Below are positions 26,653 to 36,740 of a stretch of DNA of 64,000 nucleotides, one piece after another. The translations under genes and the position numbers were made by a program. The stretch is from positions 130,526 to 194,525 of the forward strand of contig JBGSSW010000016.1 in NCBI GenBank assembly GCA_041736805.1, read 5' to 3'. The first letter of the stretch is position 1, and each line of letters begins with the position of its first letter. Below the pieces are notes generated by a model. The model was not told the origin of the DNA. It was given only the letters and a program-made list of their open reading frames with translations, and ran no database searches. Source of the DNA: Minisyncoccia bacterium. GTDB lineage: Bacteria > Patescibacteriota > Minisyncoccia > Phycocordibacterales > UBA918.

Positions 26653-29577
26653 TTAAGCTACCACCTTAATTGCCTTCATGATAGACATCTTCACCGCTGC
26701 TTCTTCATCAGTATAAGTGCCATCAAGGGCACCAGTTAGCGCTTCTATCATCTTGAGAATTTGTTCATCAGTTAATTTAGTAGTTTCACTCTTCAACAAA
26801 TCTGAAACCGAACCTTTTCCTCCTTTTCTAATTCGATATATTGCGTCAAGGTCTGCTGCGGCATCCGCCAGAGCAAACATTGGTCTATTGCCAATCATTT
26901 CGTAAGCCGCTATTACATTACCAGTTACAATTGATTCAGCTAAAGAACCAGCTCCTTCAGGAATTACAGCTGGTACATATGGTGATTCGTTTGAACTAAC
27001 GTTATTTACGGTGCAAATAACACAAGTATCTTTCATTCTTTTTTCATTTAAAACCACCCATCCATCTTCAGATGGAAATTGAGATTTTGAGGCTTTAAGT
27101 ACTTGATCTAAAGCTTCTAAGCGCTCTTCCTTATTATTGGTGGTGGCAATAAAGTGGCGAATTGCGTCACTAGATAGTAAAACTTTTTGAGCGTGAGCAT
27201 AATTTTCAATTCTAGTCATTTCTGCATCATCAATATTATGGACATTGTTTGAAACAATTTTTGCATCACTACCATAACCAATTACTGGCAGACCAGTTGG
27301 TAGGTTTGCGGGCTCAAGTGATCTGGGTGCAGCCATTGGAGCTTGAACCTTTTCAACAAAGACATCTGGTCTTAGAGCAAATGACTCATCAACTGGATTT
27401 CTTGTTGCTGGTTGTACTGAAGCAAATTTTACTCCTCCCATATCATCACGTCGGATGACTAATAGATAAGCAACATACAGTGCCCAAGTCATAAGTAAAG
27501 TATAGAAGAGCAAAGTCAAAATTGGACCAGCCTCGAAACCAGTGTATGGAACTTGCGACAATGAGATACCTGCAACTAGAGGTTGTTGATCACGTATCTG
27601 TGTAACAACTATATTATTTACTACATCTACATCAACTGAACAAGTCCTCTTTTTAGAACCCCTTTCTATGGTCATTAAATAAGTTGTGTCCTTACGAGGT
27701 GATACTGTGAGTGAACCATCAAACAAACGGTCCTTCTCCTTACTTGATAAATTATTAGTAGTGACTAGAGTTTCACCGGTGTTTTTATCTTCAATGAAAA
27801 GACTGGTCGCAAGTGAACTATCCCATTTCAACACCACTTTCTCACCTAGACTTATCTTATTATCAGAAACAGACAATTCACATCTTGGTGAAGCCGAACC
27901 ACCGCCACCACCGCCACCGCCAGTACTAACATTTATTGGCATTGGGCAAGTAATGGTGTTCTTACCGTCGGTAGCAGTTAGGTTGTAAGTAGTAGAGTTA
28001 GTAGGGGTCACTGAAGTAGAGCCACTAAGTCCAGTTGAGGTTATACCATTATCGAAACTGACACCTGTTATACCCCCACTAGTTGTCCAAGAAATTGTTG
28101 TTGCCTCTCCTCTTCTAATTGTTGCGTCAGAAGCAGTTAAGCTGACATTGTTTAAACATGATATTGGCGTTGGTACTGGCGTATCTACCGGTACAGTAAC
28201 TACACAACTATCCTTATTTTCCTTAGCATCAAAAGCGTTCAGAGTGAAGGTCGTGGTTGAAGCCAGGGCTACGGTCGATGAACCATTTACGGAAACTGAA
28301 CCAATGGTTGGCGAGATAGACACTGCCGTTGCATTAGTGGTGTTCCAGGCCAAAGCTACATTTCCACCGCCGACTGGCAACCTACTTGGAGTAGCAGTAA
28401 AAGCCTCACACTTTGGCACTGTCACAACTGGTGGTTCCTTGACAGTTATAGTGGCTTCACACTTTTCACTAACAGTACCCCTATAGGCATTCAAAATGTA
28501 AGTGATGTCAGACAAAGGTGTCACAGAAATTGTTCCGGTAGCAGCTACTTCTCCAATTCCATTATTAATTGTTACCCTATCTGTATTTGAAGTCACCCAA
28601 TTTAAGCTGGCTGAATCGCCTTTAGTTATAGTAGTTTGATTAGCGGCAAAAGCATCGCAAGTTGGAACCGGCACATCACAAGCCTTGTAGACATCAGTCT
28701 CAACCATGTTGCTCTGAGACCAAGTACTGAAGTTATTTAGTTCTTTAGCTGTCGCTTTAGCACTATTCTTAACAGTGGTGTGAATTCCACAAGCTAAATC
28801 ATGAGTAACTTTTCCTTTCCAAGTAATAGTTCCTTCTTCGTTAGGATTTAGAGTATTACCATTCCAAGACAAGGTTTTAGCTGCAGCAAGGTAGACTGGG
28901 TTGCTTCCGTAACCAGCATTTAAGTTTGAGCTATGAGTCTCACTTAGGTAAGAAATGTTAGTATCATGGATATCGACAATTCTAACTCCACCACCTGTAC
29001 AGTCAGCAGTACCAGTATTTTTAATTTTAATAGTGTAGACAAGTTCATCACCTGGCTTGGCACTTGTTTTGTCAACTGACTTGGTTAGAGTTAGTTCACA
29101 AAATTTAGGAACCTCAACCGGCGGTAAACAAAGTACTGTTACACTAGTTTTACATTCACTTTTTCCATCAGCAGTCTTTGCCGATAGGGTGTAGGTAGTA
29201 TTTTCTCTAACATTTTCAAACGTCTTTGATCCAGAAAGTTCAGTGACAACAACTCCATTTAAAGTAATGGCAGAAAAACCACGGGTTTCCCAGTAGATTG
29301 TCACAGCAGCTCCATTAGCTACTTTTGATTGACTAGCAGTAACAACGCAACTTTGAAAAGTGTCTGCGCTAGAAGCATTTTCAACCATAGGTAGTTCCGG
29401 TATCTCTGGGATTTCAACCTCAGGTATTGAAAAATCTGATGTCGCCTGTACGCTATCTGGTGAAAGAACTGTTAATTCGTTGTATGGGTCATAAGAACCA
29501 GAGTTCATGACTCCTAAAACGACGAATAAAATCACCATTGCTGGCATTAATTTTTTGAATTGTGTAAGAAAGCTCAT
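26653..29577 (-). CDS. Large single-pass surface protein (about 975 aa). It has an N-terminal signal/TM, several Ig-like repeat domains, a Gly8 linker, a TM helix, and a roughly 290-aa cytoplasmic domain.
   Basis: Probable start MSFLTQFKKLMPAMVILFVVLGV (the ORF track begins earlier at a TTG). I count this start coordinate as one base different from the printed sequence, so treat it as approximate to within 1-2 nt. Repeats contain conserved CxxT(I/V)TV(K/P) motifs. GGGGGGGGSASPRC. TM at ILTLLFYTLLMTWALYVAYLLVI. Confidence 0.65.
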   Translation of the reverse strand: MSFLTQFKKLMPAMVILFVVLGVMNSGSYDPYNELTVLSPDSVQATSDFSIPEVEIPEIPELPMVENASSADTFQSCVVTASQSKVANGAAVTIYWETRGFSAITLNGVVVTELSGSKTFENVRENTTYTLSAKTADGKSECKTSVTVLCLPPVEVPKFCELTLTKSVDKTSAKPGDELVYTIKIKNTGTADCTGGGVRIVDIHDTNISYLSETHSSNLNAGYGSNPVYLAAAKTLSWNGNTLNPNEEGTITWKGKVTHDLACGIHTTVKNSAKATAKELNNFSTWSQSNMVETDVYKACDVPVPTCDAFAANQTTITKGDSASLNWVTSNTDRVTINNGIGEVAATGTISVTPLSDITYILNAYRGTVSEKCEATITVKEPPVVTVPKCEAFTATPSRLPVGGGNVALAWNTTNATAVSISPTIGSVSVNGSSTVALASTTTFTLNAFDAKENKDSCVVTVPVDTPVPTPISCLNNVSLTASDATIRRGEATTISWTTSGGITGVSFDNGITSTGLSGSTSVTPTNSTTYNLTATDGKNTITCPMPINVSTGGGGGGGGSASPRCELSVSDNKISLGEKVVLKWDSSLATSLFIEDKNTGETLVTTNNLSSKEKDRLFDGSLTVSPRKDTTYLMTIERGSKKRTCSVDVDVVNNIVVTQIRDQQPLVAGISLSQVPYTGFEAGPILTLLFYTLLMTWALYVAYLLVIRRDDMGGVKFASVQPATRNPVDESFALRPDVFVEKVQAPMAAPRSLEPANLPTGLPVIGYGSDAKIVSNNVHNIDDAEMTRIENYAHAQKVLLSSDAIRHFIATTNNKEERLEALDQVLKASKSQFPSEDGWVVLNEKRMKDTCVICTVNNVSSNESPYVPAVIPEGAGSLAESIVTGNVIAAYEMIGNRPMFALADAAADLDAIYRIRKGGKGSVSDLLKSETTKLTDEQILKMIEALTGALDGTYTDEEAAVKMSIMKAIKVVA

Positions 29578-29786
29578 ACAAGTTAATTTATAATTTATAA
29601 TTTCTATACTCCTACCTACACCCCTGTACGCAAGAGTAATCAAAATTACAAACTCTACTTATTAAAAGAACTTTTACGGCGAAGCAATTGACTCTGATTT
29701 TAGAAAATAGAGCCTGGGAACGATTTATTAGTTTAAATGGTATCTTAATTTTGTTGATTTGTCAAGTTATATAACCTATTCAAACA

Positions 29787-30476
29787 TTAGTAGAGTTTCT
29801 CTTCTACTAACTCAGCTTCAACAACGTAACGATCATCAGTACTGCCAAAACTGTTACAAGTAGCCAAAAATAGTCGTTTCGCTTGGCCGGCAATTGGTAC
29901 AGTCACTTCTTGAGCTTTAGCTCGATATACTTTATCTACTCGGTAAACGTACTCCCCTTCACTAGCGCTAATTTTGATGATGTCTCCCCACTTTAGATCT
30001 TGGATACCATTAAGGGCCTGGAAGTTCTTGTTTCGCACTACTGGTAAATAGCTGGAATGTCCCAAGATAAACAAAGTACCCGTTTGATCTAAGGTGGCTG
30101 AATCCGGGTGACGTACTACTCCATTTAGCAAGGCCTCATCGAGGTCAGCAATATCACGTGACTCTGGATTTAAAATAGTTATATTTTTATCAAGGGACTC
30201 AATCGTCATCATTAAAGGTAAGATGTTTGTCTTAGTTAGCACTTCCTGTGTCTCAACTTCTTCCGTAGGAGTTGAAGTTTTTTGAATATTTTCATTTAAA
30301 CTATTATCTGATTCGACGACTTCTTTTGTAACAGGATTTTTAACTAATTCAGGTAAAAAATCTAACCACGCTAAAGCCGCATAGGTCCCCAGGAAGACAA
30401 AAAAGAAAGTCACTAAGAAAGCGAACTTGCGTAGTAAAATAGCGTCTAACAATTGTGACAAGGAGTTAACGTTCAT
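29787..30476 (-). CDS. Sortase-family transpeptidase.
   Basis: N-terminal TM anchor. LFILGHSS (catalytic His region) and LFLATCNSFG (TLxTC catalytic Cys motif). Confidence 0.8.
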   Translation of the reverse strand: MNVNSLSQLLDAILLRKFAFLVTFFFVFLGTYAALAWLDFLPELVKNPVTKEVVESDNSLNENIQKTSTPTEEVETQEVLTKTNILPLMMTIESLDKNITILNPESRDIADLDEALLNGVVRHPDSATLDQTGTLFILGHSSYLPVVRNKNFQALNGIQDLKWGDIIKISASEGEYVYRVDKVYRAKAQEVTVPIAGQAKRLFLATCNSFGSTDDRYVVEAELVEEKLY

Positions 30477-30589
30477 ATCTTATCTATGATAGCACACCTT
30501 TAGAAGAAAGTCAATATAGCTCTAATTATTTATCTATTTACTACCCTGTATTGACTTTTATTGTTCATTATGGTAGCGTTTTTGGAATT

Positions 30590-31762
30590 ATGAATAATGT
30601 ATTACCAAAAAAGAAGGAGGGGTTACTAAAGACTTTAGCCATAGTAGGTCTGTTCGGAGTTATTATTATAATAGCGTGGATTTCCATCCAAATTGTTTCT
30701 GTCTTCCCTACCGCCATAAATTCACTAGCTTCACTGGCTGATAGTGTCTACAGCTATGATCCTCGTGCCGCGGTATCTGTAGATATTAAACCAACGGAGC
30801 AACCAGTTATCGCCGGTAAAGAATTTACGATTGAATGGGATAATGCAAGAACGACTGGAAGCTATGCTCTAACTTATGAATGTAATGATGACTTAGAAGT
30901 TGAACTCCAAACAACGGTGAGCGATTTTAAAAGCACACAATGTGATAGTCCTTACAACCTAGGGGCAGTTGCTTCGGCTAAATTGGTAGTTAATTCTGAT
31001 ATTAAATCAGTGGCGGAATTAAAGTACAAAATTGCCTATTTTAAGTCTGACACAGCTTCATCTTCAGCCGAAAATTCTGAAACAATCACTATCCTTAATC
31101 CCCGCTTAGCGGCCGCAGATTTTTCTAAACCGACTGAAGTTGAAAATGACAATATGCTTGCCACGACGACCGAAGAAATTATTGCTACTACCACTAATGA
31201 ATCCATCCAAGACCCTATTGTCGTTAATTCGACTACAACTAGTGAAGTGACTGTTATACCTAAAGAAACTACTCCTACTGTAACAATACCGGAAGCAATC
31301 CCTAAACCAGCCTCAACTACAACAGAAGAAGTCACTCAGCCAAAGCCAGTGCAGACAATACCACTTTATGAGTACACTTATGCTATCCCTGTCTCTAATC
31401 CAAATGGTTACACTGATTTAGTAGCTAGTTACATAGGTATCGGTTATGTTTCAAATGAAGGAATTTTCTTCACCACCGGTTCAATAAACAAGAACGCACC
31501 CGGAGCTATGCAATTCTCAGTAAAAAACGCTGGTACTAAAACCTCAGATAAATGGACTTTCACCGCAAATTTGCCAGGCGGCCTTAAATACGAATCCTCT
31601 TCTCAAATAGCTCTTAAGCCAAATGAAAGAGCCATCTTGACCATAAACTTCCCGGCTGTCACTAAAACACAGCTATATAATTTTGACTTAACCGCTAAAA
31701 CTACTGATGATATTAATTTAAGCAACAACCAAGCGGCTTGGACAATTGTAGTTATTAAATAA
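30590..31762 (+). CDS. Membrane-anchored hypothetical protein with a Thr-rich linker (about 390 aa). It is divergent from the sortase gene.
   Basis: Probable start MNNVLPKKKEGLLKTLAIVGLFGVIIIIAW (TM). The central ATTTEEIIATTTNES...TTTEEVTQPKP low-complexity linker precedes a C-terminal beta-rich domain. Confidence 0.55.
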   Translation: MNNVLPKKKEGLLKTLAIVGLFGVIIIIAWISIQIVSVFPTAINSLASLADSVYSYDPRAAVSVDIKPTEQPVIAGKEFTIEWDNARTTGSYALTYECNDDLEVELQTTVSDFKSTQCDSPYNLGAVASAKLVVNSDIKSVAELKYKIAYFKSDTASSSAENSETITILNPRLAAADFSKPTEVENDNMLATTTEEIIATTTNESIQDPIVVNSTTTSEVTVIPKETTPTVTIPEAIPKPASTTTEEVTQPKPVQTIPLYEYTYAIPVSNPNGYTDLVASYIGIGYVSNEGIFFTTGSINKNAPGAMQFSVKNAGTKTSDKWTFTANLPGGLKYESSSQIALKPNERAILTINFPAVTKTQLYNFDLTAKTTDDINLSNNQAAWTIVVIK

Positions 31763-31773
31763 AAAGATAAACA

Positions 31774-31810
31774 AAAGAGCGGTGAAGGCTTCGCCTTCAC
31801 CGCTCTTTTG
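31774..31810. terminator. Bidirectional terminator (convergent with gyrB).
   Basis: agagcggtgaagg cttcg ccttcaccgctct + tttg. Confidence 0.7.
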
Positions 31811-31820
31811 TTTAAGTTCA

Positions 31821-33896
31821 TTAGATATCTAGATTTGCCATCTTGGCGTTAGATTGAATAAATGACTTTCGACTTGCGACGTCGGTTCCCATTAAGATAT
31901 CGAAGACCTTGTCAGCCATCATAGCGTCTTCAATATTTACTTGTTTAAGAATACGGAATTCTGGATTCATAGTCGTTTCCCAAAGTTCATCAGCATTCAT
32001 TTCTCCAAGCCCTTTATAACGTTGAATCCTGACTTTGCTATTTTTCTTTACTACCTCAACTTCACTTTCCTCTTCAGTTGCTTCTTCCTCTTCAATACTT
32101 TCATCATCTAGCTCAACCCCAAGACCATTCAAAATAGAAAACTTCTCAGCATCATCAAAGGCATACTGGATATCTTTTCCTTTTTGAATTTTGTATAGAG
32201 GTGGTTGGGCAATATAAATAAAGCCTCCTTCAATCAATGGTTTGAAGTACCGGAAAAACAAAGTTAGAAGTAGGGTTCTAATGTGGGCTCCATCAACGTC
32301 AGCGTCGGTAGCAATAATAATTTTATGGTAGCGTAAACGAGAAATATCAAAGACATCTCCGATAGCCGTTCCTAAAGCAATAACAACATTTTTAATTTGT
32401 TCAGAAGCAAGCATTTTATCAATTCTTGCTCTTTCAACATTAAGAATCTTGCCTCGCAAGGCCAAAATTGCTTGAGTCTTTCTATCTCGACCCATTTTCG
32501 CCGAACCTCCGGCTGAGTCACCTTCCACAATAAATAACTCTGAGTCTTCTGCCTTCTTACTCTGACAATCAGCTAGTTTACCAGGCAAAGACATGCCTTC
32601 TAGGGCCCCTTTACGTAGCACACTGTCCTTTGCGGCCTTAGCCGCCTTACGAGCCTTTACAGCTATCACTACCTTATTAATGATTGCTTTGGCATCATCT
32701 GGATGCTCTTCTAGATACATCGCGAAGGCTTCTCCAAAGACCGATTCGACGGCTCCCCGAGCCTCAACCGAACCAAGCTTAGCTTTTGTCTGTCCTTCAA
32801 ATTGAATGTCTGGCATCTTTACAGAAATCACCGCTGTAATCCCTTCTAGTACATCATCACCAGTAAAACCAGCGTCTTTATCTTTGACTGAAAAGAAATT
32901 ATTCTTCCGAGCATAATTATTTAGCGTCCTAGTTAAAGCTGTTTTAAATCCAGTGATGTGAGTGCCGTGTTCAGGATTGTAAATATTGTTTGCAAAAGCA
33001 GAGATGCGAGCGGAAATATCATCTACGTATTGCAAAGCTACCTCCACGGAAAGGACTTTTGCATCAACTTCATTCTTTTCTACGTAAAAGATATTTTTAT
33101 GTACGGGCTTTTGATAATGATTATTAAAAGCCACCAAAGAACGTAGCCCACCTTCGAAATAGAAATGTTGTTGTGGTACTTCGAAGTGTTCGTCAGTCAA
33201 ATAATGTCTGCCTTTGATATCTAACTTCTTTAGTACCGCTGGATCAATTTCCCTAGCGTCGACAATTGATATCTGTAGCTTCTTAACCAAATAAGCTTGC
33301 TGTCTTAAATGGTTCACAATCCGACGGTAATCATAAATAACCTCATTGAAGATAGTTGGGTCGGCTTGGAAATTAATGATGGTTCCTTGGAATTTGGATG
33401 GCCCGACTTTCTTAACTTTTGCCTTTGGTTTACCGATATTATATTCCTGAATGTAATAGCCTCCGTCACGATGAATTTCAGCAATGACATGTGTAGACAG
33501 AGCATTAACTACTGAGATACCAACCCCATGCAGACCTCCTGATACTTTATATCCAGTATCTTCTCCACCAAACTTTCCTCCAGCGTGAAGAGTACACATA
33601 ATTGTTTCAAGGGCCGAAACCTTGCTTTGCTTATGTATATCAACTGGAATACCCCGTCCATTATCGACAACTCTAATGTAGTTATCCGGCAAAAGGACTA
33701 CTTCAATTCGGTCAGCAAAACCACCCATCGCTTCATCACGACAGTTATCGAAGACTTCCCAAATTAAATGATGTAGCCCGTCAGGACCAGTGGTACCGAT
33801 ATACATACCCGGTCGTTTCCGTACCGGTTCAAGTCCTTCAAGAACTGAAATTGATGAAGCGTCGTAACTACTTTTCTTCTCTTTTTTTTCTGCCAT
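31821..33896 (-). CDS. gyrB: DNA gyrase subunit B (type IIA topoisomerase ATPase subunit).
   Basis: Starts at MAEKKEKKSSYDASSISVLEGLEPVRKRPGMYIGTTGPDGLHHLIWEVFDN. GHKL ATPase, TOPRIM (EGDSAGG) and C-terminal tail are present. ParE cannot be strictly excluded. Confidence 0.88.
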   Translation of the reverse strand: MAEKKEKKSSYDASSISVLEGLEPVRKRPGMYIGTTGPDGLHHLIWEVFDNCRDEAMGGFADRIEVVLLPDNYIRVVDNGRGIPVDIHKQSKVSALETIMCTLHAGGKFGGEDTGYKVSGGLHGVGISVVNALSTHVIAEIHRDGGYYIQEYNIGKPKAKVKKVGPSKFQGTIINFQADPTIFNEVIYDYRRIVNHLRQQAYLVKKLQISIVDAREIDPAVLKKLDIKGRHYLTDEHFEVPQQHFYFEGGLRSLVAFNNHYQKPVHKNIFYVEKNEVDAKVLSVEVALQYVDDISARISAFANNIYNPEHGTHITGFKTALTRTLNNYARKNNFFSVKDKDAGFTGDDVLEGITAVISVKMPDIQFEGQTKAKLGSVEARGAVESVFGEAFAMYLEEHPDDAKAIINKVVIAVKARKAAKAAKDSVLRKGALEGMSLPGKLADCQSKKAEDSELFIVEGDSAGGSAKMGRDRKTQAILALRGKILNVERARIDKMLASEQIKNVVIALGTAIGDVFDISRLRYHKIIIATDADVDGAHIRTLLLTLFFRYFKPLIEGGFIYIAQPPLYKIQKGKDIQYAFDDAEKFSILNGLGVELDDESIEEEEATEEESEVEVVKKNSKVRIQRYKGLGEMNADELWETTMNPEFRILKQVNIEDAMMADKVFDILMGTDVASRKSFIQSNAKMANLDI

Positions 33897-33973
33897 GCCG
33901 AAATTATTTATCCTTAAATATATCAATATTATAGCAGAAAATGGCTATTTTGTCTGTCTAAATAAAAGGATAA

Positions 33974-35878
33974 TTAACGTGTCTCCCAGCCTTGGTTTTG
34001 AACGTTTTTATAGATTAATTCCATATAAGATTGAACCTCATCATCGGTGAGTGTTTTCTCGGTTGATTGAAATACCAAACGAAAAGCGTAGGAAATTTTA
34101 CCATCCTTAGTAAACTCATCAAATAAAGTAGTTCGATAAAGCAAAGGTCCGGCCGTATTCTCAATAACTCCCATCACAACACTGGCAGTAGTTTTACTAT
34201 CGACCCACATGGCGATATCGCGGGCAATGGCTGGATAAACTGAGAAAGGCCGATATTTAATCTCTGGTTTTTTAATTACCGTTGCATATTTTTCTACCTC
34301 CGGTAAATCAGGTAAAAGTAAATCGAGCGAAAACTCCGCGATACCATCTGAATTAGTAAGCATAACCGGTTCAGTACCAAGGACATCTACAATGGCCTCT
34401 AAGGCCTCCTTTAGCAAACTGTCGTCTACTTTTTGTTTATAACTAGTTCCAGTTTGTACTGCCAACACCACTCTAAACTCTTCGTCTGAGGCACTAAAAA
34501 CTGTTCCAATTTCAAATATTTTTATGGCCGTCACTCCCAACAAATCGCGATGGGAAATATTTTTGTCTCTGGCCTCTTTAATGTTTTCGACTAAAGAACT
34601 CCTTAAACAACCTTTATCAGAAGCTAAAGCGTTTTCGAGTTTAACAATATCATTACTGCGAAATGAGCTACTAAATATTTCTGAAAAGCCTAAGCCAACT
34701 AATCTCTCCCTAATCAATTCAGCGTAGTAGTGACGTTTATTGAACTCACCAACAATTTGTGTAGCTGGTGGAATAGACACAATATTGTGAAGTCCGTGCA
34801 TACGACCAATTTCTTCAACCAAGTCTTCAGCCATAATTAAATCGTCTCGCTCAAAGGAAGGAGTAACTGAAATTACATTTTCTTTCCAAGTATAGGCGTA
34901 ACCAAATCTTTCTATGATAGCTGAAACCTCAGCTTGCTTTAGTTCCAGACCCAAAATTGAGTTAATTTTTTTAAGCGTACACGAGACAGGCTCTCGAACA
35001 ACGACATCATTACCATCAGCAACTTGGCCGACCAATTTACCTCCCGCGACTTCTAAAATAACTTCAACTACTCTATTTAGAGCAATTTTAGAAACACCTA
35101 CTCCAATACCATTCTCAAATCTTTTTGAAGCGTCAGTTTGTAGTTTTAATTGCTTTGCAGTATTCCTTACTGCCACACGCTCAAAATGAGCCGACTCAAG
35201 TAAGATACTGGTAGTAGTATTTTCCACCGCCGCAAACTTACCGCCCTTGACTCCAGCGATACCAATTGCCCGTTCCGTGTAATCGTCCGTAATAACCGTA
35301 TCGTCAATATTTAAATTATAACTTTCACCAGTTAAAGTTACGATACTTTCCCCGGCTTTAGCTTTTCTAATACCGATTTTTAGTACACCCCCCTCTTTAC
35401 TCAGCTTGTCTGCATCAAAAGCATGTAGTGGCTGGCCCAATTCAAACATTACGAAATTCGTCGCATCAACAATATTATTAATTGAACGCTGTCCAATTGC
35501 TTCCAAGCTCTCCTTTAACCAAAGTGGTGACGGTCCAACTTTAACTCCCTCTATCAAAGCGGCTGCATAAAAATCACAGGTGTCTGAAGCACGATTGATA
35601 GAAATTTTGTCACTATTTGTAAAATTGACCTCGGTTAAGAATGGATCTTTTTTAAGTGGGACGTTCAGGATAACCGAAATTTCTTTAGCTAGACCTCGGT
35701 GTGACATCAACCAGGCAGATTTATCAGGCAGGACTTTAACATCAAGCACAGTGTCTTGCGATAATGAAATAACCTCTTCAATCTCTGACGAATGAAAGGT
35801 GATTTTGTCGGCCAAAACTTCTGGAGTTGGCAAAGTTTCAGCAAAAAATGTTTGTATCCAGTGGTGGGAGAATTTCAT
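33974..35878 (-). CDS. pheT: Phenylalanyl-tRNA synthetase beta subunit, short form (634 aa, lacking the N-terminal tRNA-binding domain).
   Basis: B3/B4 and B5 regions plus the C-terminal FDX-ACB-like domain (...YAFRLVFQS...). It lies directly downstream of pheS. Confidence 0.88.
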   Translation of the reverse strand: MKFSHHWIQTFFAETLPTPEVLADKITFHSSEIEEVISLSQDTVLDVKVLPDKSAWLMSHRGLAKEISVILNVPLKKDPFLTEVNFTNSDKISINRASDTCDFYAAALIEGVKVGPSPLWLKESLEAIGQRSINNIVDATNFVMFELGQPLHAFDADKLSKEGGVLKIGIRKAKAGESIVTLTGESYNLNIDDTVITDDYTERAIGIAGVKGGKFAAVENTTTSILLESAHFERVAVRNTAKQLKLQTDASKRFENGIGVGVSKIALNRVVEVILEVAGGKLVGQVADGNDVVVREPVSCTLKKINSILGLELKQAEVSAIIERFGYAYTWKENVISVTPSFERDDLIMAEDLVEEIGRMHGLHNIVSIPPATQIVGEFNKRHYYAELIRERLVGLGFSEIFSSSFRSNDIVKLENALASDKGCLRSSLVENIKEARDKNISHRDLLGVTAIKIFEIGTVFSASDEEFRVVLAVQTGTSYKQKVDDSLLKEALEAIVDVLGTEPVMLTNSDGIAEFSLDLLLPDLPEVEKYATVIKKPEIKYRPFSVYPAIARDIAMWVDSKTTASVVMGVIENTAGPLLYRTTLFDEFTKDGKISYAFRLVFQSTEKTLTDDEVQSYMELIYKNVQNQGWETR

Positions 35879-36012
35879 ATTTATTTTTTGTACTTAAGAA
35901 AATAAGTAAAGTTCGAGGCGTGCAAACAAAATATTGCGAGGCATATCGAGTATATGTTGAGAAATATTTTGTGAAGCACAACAAAGAAATTTACTATTTT
36001 CATAATTACAAT

Positions 36013-36729
36013 TTAAAACTGATTAACAAAACGTAGATCCCCGTTATACATTAGTCGAATATCATCAACTCCATACTTCAAAACTGCCAACCTATCAATT
36101 CCCATTCCAAAGGCGAAACCTTGGTAAATTTCTGGGTTTATACCTGAAGCGCTTAAAACATTCGGGTGTACCATTCCGGCACCCATAATTTCTATCCACC
36201 GACCCGATAATTTATTTTCATCATCTTTAGCAATCTTCATATCAACCTCTACTCCTGGTTCGACAAATGGGAAAAAACTCGGACGAAAACGTACCTCTAC
36301 TTGCCCACCAAAGAACTTCGAAAAGAAATATTCTAGAACTCCTTTCATGTGGCCAAGAGAAACATCCTTATCCACCATTAATCCTTCTAACTGAAAAAAC
36401 TGAGCTTCGTGAGTTGCGTCAGTGGCTTCATTTCTAAAAACTTTTCCTGGACATATCATTCTAATTGGTGCTTGGTGTGACTGCATATATCTTACCTGTA
36501 CCGGTGAAGTATGGGTCCGCATTACTACATCTGGTTTTCCAGCAATATAAAAAGTATCCTGCATATCACGTGAAGGATGGTCTTTTGGTACATTCAAAGC
36601 GTCAAAATTATTAGCCACCAATTCCCTTTCTGGTCCTTCGGCAAAAGTGAAGCCAATTTCAGCAAAAATGCTATTGATTTCAGCTATCATGTGTGAGAGA
36701 GGGTGTTGGTGTCCAATTTGCTTGTTCAT
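36013..36729 (-). CDS. pheS: Phenylalanyl-tRNA synthetase alpha subunit, minimal catalytic form (238 aa).
   Basis: Class II motifs: ...FRNEATDATHEAQFFQLEG..., FFPFVEPGVEVD, GAGMVHPNVL. Confidence 0.9.
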   Translation of the reverse strand: MNKQIGHQHPLSHMIAEINSIFAEIGFTFAEGPERELVANNFDALNVPKDHPSRDMQDTFYIAGKPDVVMRTHTSPVQVRYMQSHQAPIRMICPGKVFRNEATDATHEAQFFQLEGLMVDKDVSLGHMKGVLEYFFSKFFGGQVEVRFRPSFFPFVEPGVEVDMKIAKDDENKLSGRWIEIMGAGMVHPNVLSASGINPEIYQGFAFGMGIDRLAVLKYGVDDIRLMYNGDLRFVNQF

Positions 36730-36740
36730 AAAAATAATGT

